The notes under the pieces are model-generated. The model was not told the origin of the DNA. It did no database searches and saw only the letters and a list, made by a program, of their open reading frames with translations. Positions 24,897-32,677 of a DNA stretch of 32,677 nucleotides are shown piece after piece. The position numbers and the translations under genes were made by a program. Numbering within the stretch: position 1 is the first letter of the stretch; every line of letters begins with the position of its first letter. Location of the stretch: NCBI GenBank assembly GCA_026416895.1, contig JAOAEH010000028.1, positions 1 to 32,677 of the forward strand. Reading direction: 5' to 3'. Source of the DNA: Elusimicrobiales bacterium (lineage in GTDB: Bacteria > Elusimicrobiota > Elusimicrobia > Elusimicrobiales > UBA9959).

Positions 24897-25377
24897 TTTT
24901 GATCATACATTTAAATCTTTTAATAGTGTGATGTATTGCTATTATAAAAAAAATTGTTGATGATTGGATATGCAATGAATAAAGTGTTTGTCTGTGACTG
25001 TCAAGTATTGAAAAGTAGAGAAAAAAACCACTTAAAGAGGATATTATTGTAGAGATAAGAAGTATCCAATTTAAAATTAATCTGATATTTTTAATTCTCT
25101 TATTTAAAAATTCAGCAAGTATAATTATAATGATACTTATAATAATAACTTGAGGTAAAGCATGTCTAAAAATCTTTTTATCTTTTATTTTTTTATAATT
25201 TATATCTTCTCTTTCATTTTTTTCTTCATTATATTTTTCCCAAATATCACATATTCCATTGGTGTTGTTATCAATAAAGCTTTGACATATTCCATAACAT
25301 GGGGTAGAATATGAAATTCCAACACATTCGGTTTGAGCAGATATTAAGGATGTTATAACTGTAAGTATCAAAATCAT
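24886..25377 (-). CDS. Secreted-Cys-motif / DUF4405-like small membrane protein
   Basis: Signal peptide, then a 4-Cys segment (ECVGISYSTPCYGICQSFIDNNTNGICD), then 3 TM helices with conserved-looking His residues (LHIQSS...AIHH), as in DUF4405. ATGA-coupled to the hydrolase gene. Confidence 0.55.
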   Translation of the reverse strand: MILILTVITSLISAQTECVGISYSTPCYGICQSFIDNNTNGICDIWEKYNEEKNEREDINYKKIKDKKIFRHALPQVIIISIIIIILAEFLNKRIKNIRLILNWILLISTIISSLSGFFLYFSILDSHRQTLYSLHIQSSTIFFIIAIHHTIKRFKCMIKTNF

Positions 25378-26225
25378 TTATTACTCCTTATAAATTCATT
25401 CACTATTTTTTTATATTTTTTATTAATAAGAGTTTCTCCATGAGTTAATTCTTCCATAAGTTCAACTTTTAATAGAGGATTGATTTTAGAATAGTCTCTA
25501 GTTTTTGAATTATAACATAGATTATCTTTAGTTCCACATATAAATAAAGTTGGGGATTTGATATCTTGTATTGACTTGTTTATATTAAATTTGTCTATTT
25601 TTTCTCCACAAAATATCTTATATTTTATTCCCATAAAATAAATTATAGGATATTTCATAATGTGATAATTTTTTAGTATGTTTAACATTGTGGATTTTAT
25701 GCTTATAAAAGGAGAATCAGATATTACAAATTTTAAATTTTCAATTTCAGAAGCAGCTCTTAAAGCTAAAAAAGCACCATAAGAATAACCAAAAAGAGCT
25801 ATATCTAAAAAACCTTTTTCATTTAAAAAGTTTATCCATTTTTTTATATCTTCTATTTCATATTTCGATCCACATACATATCCTTGACTTTCTCCAAGGC
25901 CTCTTATATCTATATACAAAAGTGTAGCAAATTCATGCAAAAAATAAGTAAATGGAAGAATATCGGATTTGTCTGCAGGCCAACCATGCATTAATATTAT
26001 TGCAAGTTTTTCTTTTTTATTTTCAATTAACCACCCTTTTAAGATATGATTTTTTGAACTTATACTTACTTTTTGCCATTTAAGATTAAATTCTGAAGGA
26101 TTTGTTTGTTCTTTTAATCTTTTTGGTTTGGAATATAAAAAAAATATAAATGAAGATAAAACAAATGTTATTATTGTAAAGTATAATAGAAATTTTATAA
26201 TAATTTTTGTAAACAGATTTTTCAT
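25374..26225 (-). CDS. Membrane-anchored alpha/beta-fold hydrolase
   Basis: N-terminal TM helix, HGWP oxyanion region, nucleophile elbow GYSYG, later DSPF and THGE (candidate Asp and His). Confidence 0.8.
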   Translation of the reverse strand: MKNLFTKIIIKFLLYFTIITFVLSSFIFFLYSKPKRLKEQTNPSEFNLKWQKVSISSKNHILKGWLIENKKEKLAIILMHGWPADKSDILPFTYFLHEFATLLYIDIRGLGESQGYVCGSKYEIEDIKKWINFLNEKGFLDIALFGYSYGAFLALRAASEIENLKFVISDSPFISIKSTMLNILKNYHIMKYPIIYFMGIKYKIFCGEKIDKFNINKSIQDIKSPTLFICGTKDNLCYNSKTRDYSKINPLLKVELMEELTHGETLINKKYKKIVNEFIRSNK

Positions 26226-26300
26226 ATTAATTAATTATACAAAAAGGTATTTTTTACTAACAAAGTTTTTTTATTATTACAAATTCTGTAAAATATACTT

Positions 26301-27353
26301 GTGAATATAAATAAAGATGATATTTCAAGAGTTTCTCGAAATTTTTTGGTTGTAGAACCAAAAAATATTGAAATAGTATATATGGATAATTTTGAAAAAG
26401 GAAATAGACTTGATATGTTTAGGGCTATTAATGTGGGCAAAAAGTCAGAAATTAGGTTTAAGATACTTTCAGATTTTTATTTTAATCAATTTATATTATC
26501 TGTGTCTCCGTATATGAATGATTCAAATACTATGTCTGTTTTTTGTGATTTTAATAGCAAAAGATATTATTTAGGAAATTTTTCTGTGTCAAGTTCTAAG
26601 AGTTTTCCTCTACAAGATGAAGAAGTTAAAGTTGATATTGATGTTTTATGTTTTAAAAATAGAATTTCTAGTTTAGATGCTGGTATAATTTTCTGGGGAA
26701 ATGGAAAGAAAGGTATAAAGCTTGTTAATTTAATTATGACTGATACAGATAAAAGATTTTTTTATGAAAATTTTTTTCCAAAAAAATATGTAAATATTGA
26801 TATTCCTAAAATTTCACAAATTAGTCAAGGAGTTGAATATAACACAAGAATATGTAGTCCTACATGTATTTCAATGGTTTTAAAATATTATAATTTTAAT
26901 ATAGATCCGGTTTGTATTTCAAAAAATGTCTATGATAATTCTTCTCATATATATGGAAACTGGTTTTTTAACACTGCCTATGTTTCATATCTTGGTTTTT
27001 ATTCATTTGTAGCAAGAATAAATTCTTATAGTTTTCTCTATAAAATTTTAAGCAAAGAAATACCTGTAATAGCAACTATTTCTTTTGACGAAGGAGAACT
27101 TAAAAATTCTCCATTACAAAGAACTAAAGGGCATTTAGTAGTTATAAAAGGAATGACAGAGAAGGGAGATATAATAGTTAATGATCCTGCAGCATCGAGT
27201 GAAAAAGAGGTTGAAAGAATTTATGATTCTTATGAATTTTTTAGGAGTTGGATAGTTAATAAGTATGGTACTTCTTATTTCATTTTAGATGATAAAAAGA
27301 TAGAAGATGTTATAAAGATTTTTGAAGAAGATAATGAGGTGAGATATGAATAG
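26301..27353 (+). CDS. Peptidase C39-like (C39_2-type) cysteine peptidase domain protein with an unknown N-terminal domain
   Basis: C-terminal half: NTRICSPTCISMVLKYYNF (catalytic Cys context) and KGHLVVIKGMTEKGDIIVNDP (His context). The GTG start at 26301 is uncertain. The next in-frame ATG is at 26382. Confidence 0.7.
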   Translation: MNINKDDISRVSRNFLVVEPKNIEIVYMDNFEKGNRLDMFRAINVGKKSEIRFKILSDFYFNQFILSVSPYMNDSNTMSVFCDFNSKRYYLGNFSVSSSKSFPLQDEEVKVDIDVLCFKNRISSLDAGIIFWGNGKKGIKLVNLIMTDTDKRFFYENFFPKKYVNIDIPKISQISQGVEYNTRICSPTCISMVLKYYNFNIDPVCISKNVYDNSSHIYGNWFFNTAYVSYLGFYSFVARINSYSFLYKILSKEIPVIATISFDEGELKNSPLQRTKGHLVVIKGMTEKGDIIVNDPAASSEKEVERIYDSYEFFRSWIVNKYGTSYFILDDKKIEDVIKIFEEDNEVRYE

Positions 27354-29079
27354 AAAAATTTATTTTATTTTTCTATTTTTTGTTTTTTCATGTTCAAAAT
27401 TTAATTATGATAATAAAATATTATATTTTGCACATACAGGAGAAGTTACCTCACTAGATCCATCTTATTCATATGATGCAGTTACTCATGGAACTTTAAT
27501 TAATATTTATGAAACACTGATAGGGTTTGATGGGGAGAAACTTGATAGTTTTATACCATTAATATCTATGAAAGTACCATCAAAGGAGAATGGTCTTATT
27601 TCAAAAGATGGTACTATTTATATTTTTCCTATAAGAAGTGGTATAAAATTTCACAATGGTGATGAACTTACTCCTGAGGATGTAAAATACTCTCTTTTGA
27701 GATTTATGATAACAGATATGCCAGGGGGGCCATCTTCTCTACTTTTAGAACCTATATTTGGAATATCGTCTATTAAAGATGAAAAAAATAATTTAAGAAT
27801 TACTAAAGATCAATTTGAAAGAGCTATTAAAATTGAGGGTAATAATGTTATTGTTAAACTTGAGAAACCATTTTCTCCATTTTTAGCTATTATAGCTAGA
27901 TGGTCTTACATTTTAAACAGTAAATTTGCAATAAAATTAGGAGAATGGGATGGTAAATATGAAACAATAACTAATTATTTAAATAGACCAAAAGACAAAT
28001 CAGCTCTTTTAAATAAAGAATGCGGAAGTGGTCCATTTTTTGTTTCAAGTTGGGATCCCTCAAAAAAGCAAATAATTCTTAAATCATTTGATAATTATTG
28101 GAGAGGTAAAAGTCATTTATCTATGGTTATCCAGAAAACAGTTAATGAATTTTCAACACGGAAATTGATGATAGAGAGAGGAGATGCTGATATAATAGAA
28201 GTTCCTCGTATATATGAAACTCAAGTTGAAGGTCTAAAAGATGTAAAGGTTTATTCGCAATTAAAAAGGCTTTCAGTTGACCCTGTTTTTTTCTTTACTT
28301 TTGACATAAATAGTGTAGCAAATCCAGATATAGGCAGCGGTAAGCTTGATGGGAATGGTATACCACCTGATTTTTTTAAAGACAAAGATATAAGAAAAGC
28401 TTTTGCTTATTCATTTAATTATGATGTTTTTCTTAAAGAAAGTCTAAAAAATAAAGCTGAAAGGGCTTACTCTCCTGTTCCAAATTCTTTGCTTTTATTA
28501 GATAAAATAAAGAAATATGATTATGATATCCAAAAAGCTCGATATCATTTTAAAAAGGCTTTCAATGGTAGAGTTTGGGATAAAGGTTTTAGATTTACAC
28601 TTACTTATAATCTAGGAAGTGACATTAGACAAATTGCTTGTGAAATATTAAAAAAAGAAATTGAATCAATAAATCCTAAATTTAAGATAGATATAAGAGG
28701 TATAGATTGGGCTCTTTATTTAGAAAAAGCTCAAAATAAAAAAATGCCAATTTTTACTAGAGGTTGGGTTGGTGATTATGCAGATCCTCATAATTTTATT
28801 TTTGCTTTCTATCATTCTGATGGAAGATATCCAAAAACACAAGGGTTTTCAAACAAAGAATTGGATAGATTGATTGAATTTGCTGTCAAAGAGAATGATT
28901 GGAAGAAAAGAAAAGAGATTTATGAAAAGATAATAAATATAGCCAATGAAGAAGTTTATCAGATATATACTGTTTATCCATATGGAATTATAGCCTTAAG
29001 AGAAGAGATAAATGGTTTTATTGACAATCCAATTATGATGGGAATTTATTATTATAATATTTCTAAGAATAAGAAATGA
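27346..29079 (+). CDS. ABC substrate-binding lipoprotein, family 5 (peptide/nickel type)
   Basis: Lipoprotein signal MNRKIYFIFLFFVFSCS. SBP_bac_5 pattern (LDPS..YD, FHNGDELTPEDVKYS, GSGPF, GWVGDYADP). GAGGTGAG SD. Confidence 0.88.
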   Translation: MNRKIYFIFLFFVFSCSKFNYDNKILYFAHTGEVTSLDPSYSYDAVTHGTLINIYETLIGFDGEKLDSFIPLISMKVPSKENGLISKDGTIYIFPIRSGIKFHNGDELTPEDVKYSLLRFMITDMPGGPSSLLLEPIFGISSIKDEKNNLRITKDQFERAIKIEGNNVIVKLEKPFSPFLAIIARWSYILNSKFAIKLGEWDGKYETITNYLNRPKDKSALLNKECGSGPFFVSSWDPSKKQIILKSFDNYWRGKSHLSMVIQKTVNEFSTRKLMIERGDADIIEVPRIYETQVEGLKDVKVYSQLKRLSVDPVFFFTFDINSVANPDIGSGKLDGNGIPPDFFKDKDIRKAFAYSFNYDVFLKESLKNKAERAYSPVPNSLLLLDKIKKYDYDIQKARYHFKKAFNGRVWDKGFRFTLTYNLGSDIRQIACEILKKEIESINPKFKIDIRGIDWALYLEKAQNKKMPIFTRGWVGDYADPHNFIFAFYHSDGRYPKTQGFSNKELDRLIEFAVKENDWKKRKEIYEKIINIANEEVYQIYTVYPYGIIALREEINGFIDNPIMMGIYYYNISKNKK

Positions 29080-29702
29080 ATAAAGCAGATAGTAATTTAA
29101 TTATTAAAGCACTAAAAAAAGAATTTCCTAATGCTTGCACTGAGCTTAAATATTCTAGCCCTTTTCAACTTTTAATTGCCACTATTCTTTCAGCTCAAAC
29201 AACAGATGTTACAGTAAATAAAATTACTCCAATCTTGTTTAGTAAATATCCTGATGCTTTTGCTCTCTCTAAAGCTAATGTTTTAGATGTAGAGAAAATT
29301 ATAAAATCTACCGGTTTTTATCATCAAAAAGCAAGATATATAATCGAAACATCAAAAATACTTGTTGAGAGATTTAATGGTAAAGTACCTCAAACTATGG
29401 AAGAATTGATAACGCTTAAAGGAGTTTCAAGAAAAACTGCAAATGTTGTTATGGCAAATGCTTTTGGTATAGCTGAAGGTATAGTTGTAGATACTCATGT
29501 TAAAAGAGTTGCTAAAAGAACAGGTTTTAGTTCATCATCAAATGTTTTAGAAATAGAAAAAGATCTTATGAAGATGTTTGAAAAAAAATATTGGGGTTTC
29601 TTGTCTAATGCTTTGGTGCTTCATGGTAGATATATATGTAAAGCGAAAAACCCCATATGTGAAAAATGTAAAATAGAAAAATGGTGTGAGAAAAATTTCT
29701 AA
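29076..29702 (+). CDS. nth: Endonuclease III
   Basis: LIATILSAQTTD, HhH-GPD region LITLKGVSRKTANVV, VDTHVKRV, and the C-terminal [4Fe-4S] motif C-x6-C-x2-C-x5-C (CKAKNPICEKCKIEKWC). Confidence 0.95.
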   Translation: MNKADSNLIIKALKKEFPNACTELKYSSPFQLLIATILSAQTTDVTVNKITPILFSKYPDAFALSKANVLDVEKIIKSTGFYHQKARYIIETSKILVERFNGKVPQTMEELITLKGVSRKTANVVMANAFGIAEGIVVDTHVKRVAKRTGFSSSSNVLEIEKDLMKMFEKKYWGFLSNALVLHGRYICKAKNPICEKCKIEKWCEKNF

Positions 29703-29708
29703 TTTATT

Positions 29709-30398
29709 ATGAAAGCTATTATTATACAAACTCCAAGTTTTGATGTATATGAGCAAATGGCTTGTGATGAAATTATGTGTGAAATGCTTCCAGCTCAGTA
29801 TATTCTTAGGTTTTATAAATGGAAAGATAAAGGTATTACCTTTGGTTTTTCTCAAAAGTTTAAAGAAGTTTATTCTGTTTTAGATGAAAAGTTAAAAGAT
29901 TATCCTATTACGAGAAGACCTACAGGTGGAGGAGTGGTAATACATGAATACGATTTAACATTTTCTTTTATTTTTTTTGAACCTGGAGAATTTAATCCTA
30001 AAAAAACTTATGAGGTTATTCATTCAGCAATTTGTGATGTTTATCGAAAAAAAGGGTTTAATATTTTTAAATCTGTATCAAATCAGTCAAATTATAATGT
30101 AAATAACCCTGTTATGGAGTGTTTCAAAAAACCAGTTGATATGGATCTTATTTTTAATGGTCAGAAAATTTTAGGGGGTGCTTTAAGAAAATTTTCGGAT
30201 TATATACTTTATCAAGCATCTTTACAATTGGAAAATTCTCGGAATGAATTTATACATTATGACATTATAAGAACTGCTTTTGAAAATTTATTTGAAATTA
30301 AATTTGAATTTTTTAATATTGACGATTTTTACTTTTCTAAGATTATTGAAAAAAAATTTTCTAAGTATTCTTCTAAGTCATGGGTAGAAAGAATATGA
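29709..30398 (+). CDS. Lipoate/octanoate-protein ligase-family protein (BPL_LplA_LipB domain only)
   Basis: RRPTGGGVVIHEYDLTFS and GQKILGGALRK (conserved Lys context). It has the catalytic domain but no LplA C-terminal domain. Confidence 0.75.
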   Translation: MKAIIIQTPSFDVYEQMACDEIMCEMLPAQYILRFYKWKDKGITFGFSQKFKEVYSVLDEKLKDYPITRRPTGGGVVIHEYDLTFSFIFFEPGEFNPKKTYEVIHSAICDVYRKKGFNIFKSVSNQSNYNVNNPVMECFKKPVDMDLIFNGQKILGGALRKFSDYILYQASLQLENSRNEFIHYDIIRTAFENLFEIKFEFFNIDDFYFSKIIEKKFSKYSSKSWVERI

Positions 30399-30416
30399 AG
30401 GTATAGGGAGGAATTT

Positions 30417-30818
30417 ATGAAAAAAACTTCTTATGGATATACTCCTGAGCATGTAGAATCTTTTAAGAAAATAAATTTACCTAAAATTGATGTTTGGGAG
30501 AATCAATATCCAGATAATGATTACGTTATAAAAATAGTAAATCCAGAATTCACTTCAATATGTCCAAAGACAGGTTTACCAGATCTTGGAACTATTACCA
30601 TAGAGTATATCCCGGATAAATATTGTATTGAACTTAAATCTTTAAAATATTATTTTCTTGCTTATAGAAATTTAGGTATTTTTATGGAAAATGCTGTAAA
30701 TAAGATATTAGAGGATATAGTTAAGTATGCTAAACCTAAGTCAGCAACAGTAATTGGTGATTTCACTCCTCGTGGAGGGATAAAATCAGTGATAACTGCA
30801 AATTATAAAAGAAAATAA
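30417..30818 (+). CDS. queF: NADPH-dependent 7-cyano-7-deazaguanine reductase (unimodular type)
   Basis: SICPKTGLPD (catalytic Cys) and the IELKSLKYYF QueF motif. 133 aa. GGGAGG SD. Confidence 0.93.
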   Translation: MKKTSYGYTPEHVESFKKINLPKIDVWENQYPDNDYVIKIVNPEFTSICPKTGLPDLGTITIEYIPDKYCIELKSLKYYFLAYRNLGIFMENAVNKILEDIVKYAKPKSATVIGDFTPRGGIKSVITANYKRK

Positions 30819-31624
30819 TGGATTGTATATATACAAAAGAGTATTTTTTAACCCAATGTGAGGGTTTTAGAAGTTTTAAATCTTCTGGTGGCTTTTTTTT
30901 GTCAAAAAGACTTAAAAAAGTTTATGATATAGTTTCAAGTTATAATTTTTCAAGAATTCTTGATTTTGGTTGTGGTAGAGGAGAGTTTTCTCTTAAATTT
31001 TCATTAAATGGTGTTGAAGCTTATGCGTGTGATGTATCAGATGATGCTATTGAAATTGCAAATTCATTAAAAAATAAATGGGAGAAAAAAAGGGGTAAAC
31101 TTCCATTTTATATATTTAAAATAATTAACAGCAAACTTCCATTTGAAAATTCATTTTTTGATGCTTGTGTGATGAATGATGTTGTTGAACATATAGAAAA
31201 GAAAGAGCTTATGAATGTTTTTGAGGAAATATTTAGGGTTTTAAAGCCACAAGGTAAGATCTTTATTCATACTTCTCCTGGTAAGTTATTTATTAAATAT
31301 GGTCTTTTTTTGTATCGTATTGTTGGTTTTTTTACAGGTTTTAGATTTGATTCAAATTTAAAAGATATACTTCCAGATGGGTTAAAAAAGCCATATCATA
31401 TAAATGAATTAAGTGTTTGGGAAATTAAAAAATTTTTAAAATCAATAGGTTTTGAAAAAGTAAAGTATTCTTTATGGAAGAATCCTCATTATATTTATTA
31501 TTTTACAGGTAGTGATAGATTTTTAAAAATTATTAGAAAAATCTCGTTTTTAATACCTTTTAAAGAAATTGTATATTCAGATATTTTTGTTTATGCTGAA
31601 AAAGGAGGAAATGATGGTACTTGA
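30818..31624 (+). CDS. Class I SAM-dependent methyltransferase
   Basis: Motif I ILDFGCGRGEF, post-I acidic residue (ACDVS), and motif II/III (VMNDVVEHI, LKPQGKIFI). Confidence 0.85.
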   Translation: MDCIYTKEYFLTQCEGFRSFKSSGGFFLSKRLKKVYDIVSSYNFSRILDFGCGRGEFSLKFSLNGVEAYACDVSDDAIEIANSLKNKWEKKRGKLPFYIFKIINSKLPFENSFFDACVMNDVVEHIEKKELMNVFEEIFRVLKPQGKIFIHTSPGKLFIKYGLFLYRIVGFFTGFRFDSNLKDILPDGLKKPYHINELSVWEIKKFLKSIGFEKVKYSLWKNPHYIYYFTGSDRFLKIIRKISFLIPFKEIVYSDIFVYAEKGGNDGT

Positions 31625-32450
31625 AAAAATACATGAATTTAAAGCTGCAAAAACTGGAGTGAATAAAGTTTTGACTATAGGAGAGTTTATTTTTAGTTGT
31701 GATAGTGATGATTTTTTGAGAAAATGGGATATTTCTAATTATAATTTATTAAAAGAAGTTAAGGCACATGATAAAAATATTCAAGGTATATGTAAAAGTC
31801 CAAATTTATCCAGTTTACTATCTTATAGTGATGATGGTAGTGTTAAAGAGTTTGATTTAGAACTTAGACAAGTTTTCGACTATCCATCACATGAAGGTAG
31901 AGTAAATGATCTTACTTTTATAGATAAAAATAGATTTATTACTGCATCAGATGATGCTACTGTGAGAATATATAAGCTTAGTTCTTATTCCTTTAAAGAG
32001 AAAGATTTAAATATTGGAGATATTGAGTCGGTATGTGTTGTTAATGGTAAAGTATTGATTGGGGGTTCTAAATTAATTGTATGTGATTTAGACCTTGAAG
32101 AAATTGCTTCATTTGACAATGATTATATTTATGGAATAGATTTTATATATACAGATGGAAAGATGATATATCTATCAAGGTCAATGGAAAAAAAACTTGA
32201 AGTTAGAGACATTAATATGAATTTAATTAAAATTATTAGAATGCCATCATGGATAAAGTATATTTCATCATATTTAGATTACTTATTTGTGTCAGTTTCA
32301 GATCAGATAATTGTGTATGATAAAGAGTTTAGAGAAATTGCTATTAGTAATTTTTCATCATCAGAGATAAATTCTTTTGCGTTTTATGATAAAAATATAA
32401 TTATTGCTTTTGATGATGGATATATCAGAATTTGGAAAATAAATATTTAA
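31614..32450 (+). CDS. Compact seven-bladed WD40-like beta-propeller protein
   Basis: Seven ~40-aa repeats ending in WD-like dipeptides (SCDSDDFLRKWDI, SYSDDGSVKEFDL, TASDDATVRIYKL, ... AFDDGYIRIWKI). AGGAGG at 31603-31608 favours ATG 31614, with 31611 also possible. The ORF-track start at 31569 is unlikely. Confidence 0.75.
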   Translation: MVLEKIHEFKAAKTGVNKVLTIGEFIFSCDSDDFLRKWDISNYNLLKEVKAHDKNIQGICKSPNLSSLLSYSDDGSVKEFDLELRQVFDYPSHEGRVNDLTFIDKNRFITASDDATVRIYKLSSYSFKEKDLNIGDIESVCVVNGKVLIGGSKLIVCDLDLEEIASFDNDYIYGIDFIYTDGKMIYLSRSMEKKLEVRDINMNLIKIIRMPSWIKYISSYLDYLFVSVSDQIIVYDKEFREIAISNFSSSEINSFAFYDKNIIIAFDDGYIRIWKINI

Positions 32451-32677
32451 AGTTCTTTTTTTATTAATTCTATAAACTCTGATACTATGTAATTCCATCT
32501 ATATTTTTTAAGTTCCTGAAAATTTATTTGTGGGTCAAAACCTTTATTATATATTATTTTTAACTTTTCTATACAATCATTAATTTCAGGATATGCTACA
32601 AACTGTTTTTCTTTTGTTTTTTCATATAACTCATCTTGTGTTTCTTTTAAAACATGTTTTATAAAAACTGTGTTTTT
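32447..32677 (-). CDS. Partial ORF (C-terminal 76 codons; the 5' end lies beyond the window), unknown function
   Basis: My own reverse-strand translation is stop-free from the window edge: KNTVFIKHVLKETQDELYEKTKEKQFVAYPEINDCIEKLKIIYNKGFDPQINFQELKKYRWNYIVSEFIELIKKEL*. This ORF is not in the supplied track. The stop overlaps the WD40-like gene stop by 4 nt. Confidence 0.5.
   Translation of the reverse strand, partial: KNTVFIKHVLKETQDELYEKTKEKQFVAYPEINDCIEKLKIIYNKGFDPQINFQELKKYRWNYIVSEFIELIKKEL

Noticed and set aside
26231-26440. 69-aa reverse-strand ORF spanning the hydrolase/C39 intergenic region.
   Set aside because: It overlaps the 5' end of the C39-like gene, has no SD and gives a low-complexity product. 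The region is better explained as a divergent promoter region plus the C39-like start.
1-32677. Alternative genetic code (TGA as Trp), considered because of the extreme AT content. I also looked for CRISPR arrays and long interspersed repeats.
   Set aside because: TGA terminates hypD, the bactofilin gene, the ABC ATPase gene and the SBP gene at the expected protein ends, so the standard bacterial code applies. No regularly spaced direct repeats were seen anywhere in the window.

Overview
This is a strongly AT-rich, very gene-dense bacterial chromosomal window. It uses the standard code: TGA ends several well-conserved proteins. I count about 37 protein genes and 2 tRNAs, and all but four of the genes are on the + strand. 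Most gene junctions overlap by 1-17 nt, often as ATGA, so the window reads as a few long translationally coupled operons.

Gene content in order:
- A [NiFe]-hydrogenase maturation block, hypD-hypE-hypF, probably preceded by a hypC tail. A LysR regulator and an unknown 5-TM membrane protein are embedded in it.
- A convergent membrane protein with DP/STI1-like repeats.
- tRNA-Glu(UUC).
- A long envelope operon: M23/LytM peptidase, bactofilin, PpiD-like chaperone, ABC ATPase, large permease, CE4 deacetylase and an SPL-family radical SAM enzyme.
- DUF948-like protein, stand-alone cNMP-binding domain and AI-2E permease, then YjbQ.
- tRNA-Leu(CAA) followed by two orphan CheY-like receivers.
- ileS-lspA, followed by a TPR lipoprotein, a GT-C-like membrane protein, two small ORFs and a degenerate P1B-type ATPase homologue.
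- A reverse-strand pair: alpha/beta hydrolase and a Cys-rich DUF4405-like membrane protein.
- C39-like peptidase, an orphan family-5 SBP lipoprotein, nth, a lipoate-ligase-like protein, queF, a SAM methyltransferase and a compact WD40-like propeller.
- A partial reverse-strand ORF at the right edge.

I saw no CRISPR array, rRNA, transposase or integrase.

The most unusual observations are:
1. A 589-aa intact ORF keeps the P1B-ATPase scaffold but has lost the TGES, CPC and DKTGT motifs and the whole nucleotide-binding domain. It ends a tightly coupled four-gene block appended to ileS-lspA.
2. The TPR gene directly after lspA has a perfect lipoprotein signal peptide that is out of frame by one base, across two T7 tracts.
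3. Two non-hyp genes are translationally coupled inside the hyp operon.

All functional calls come from motif recognition by eye. No database search was possible.
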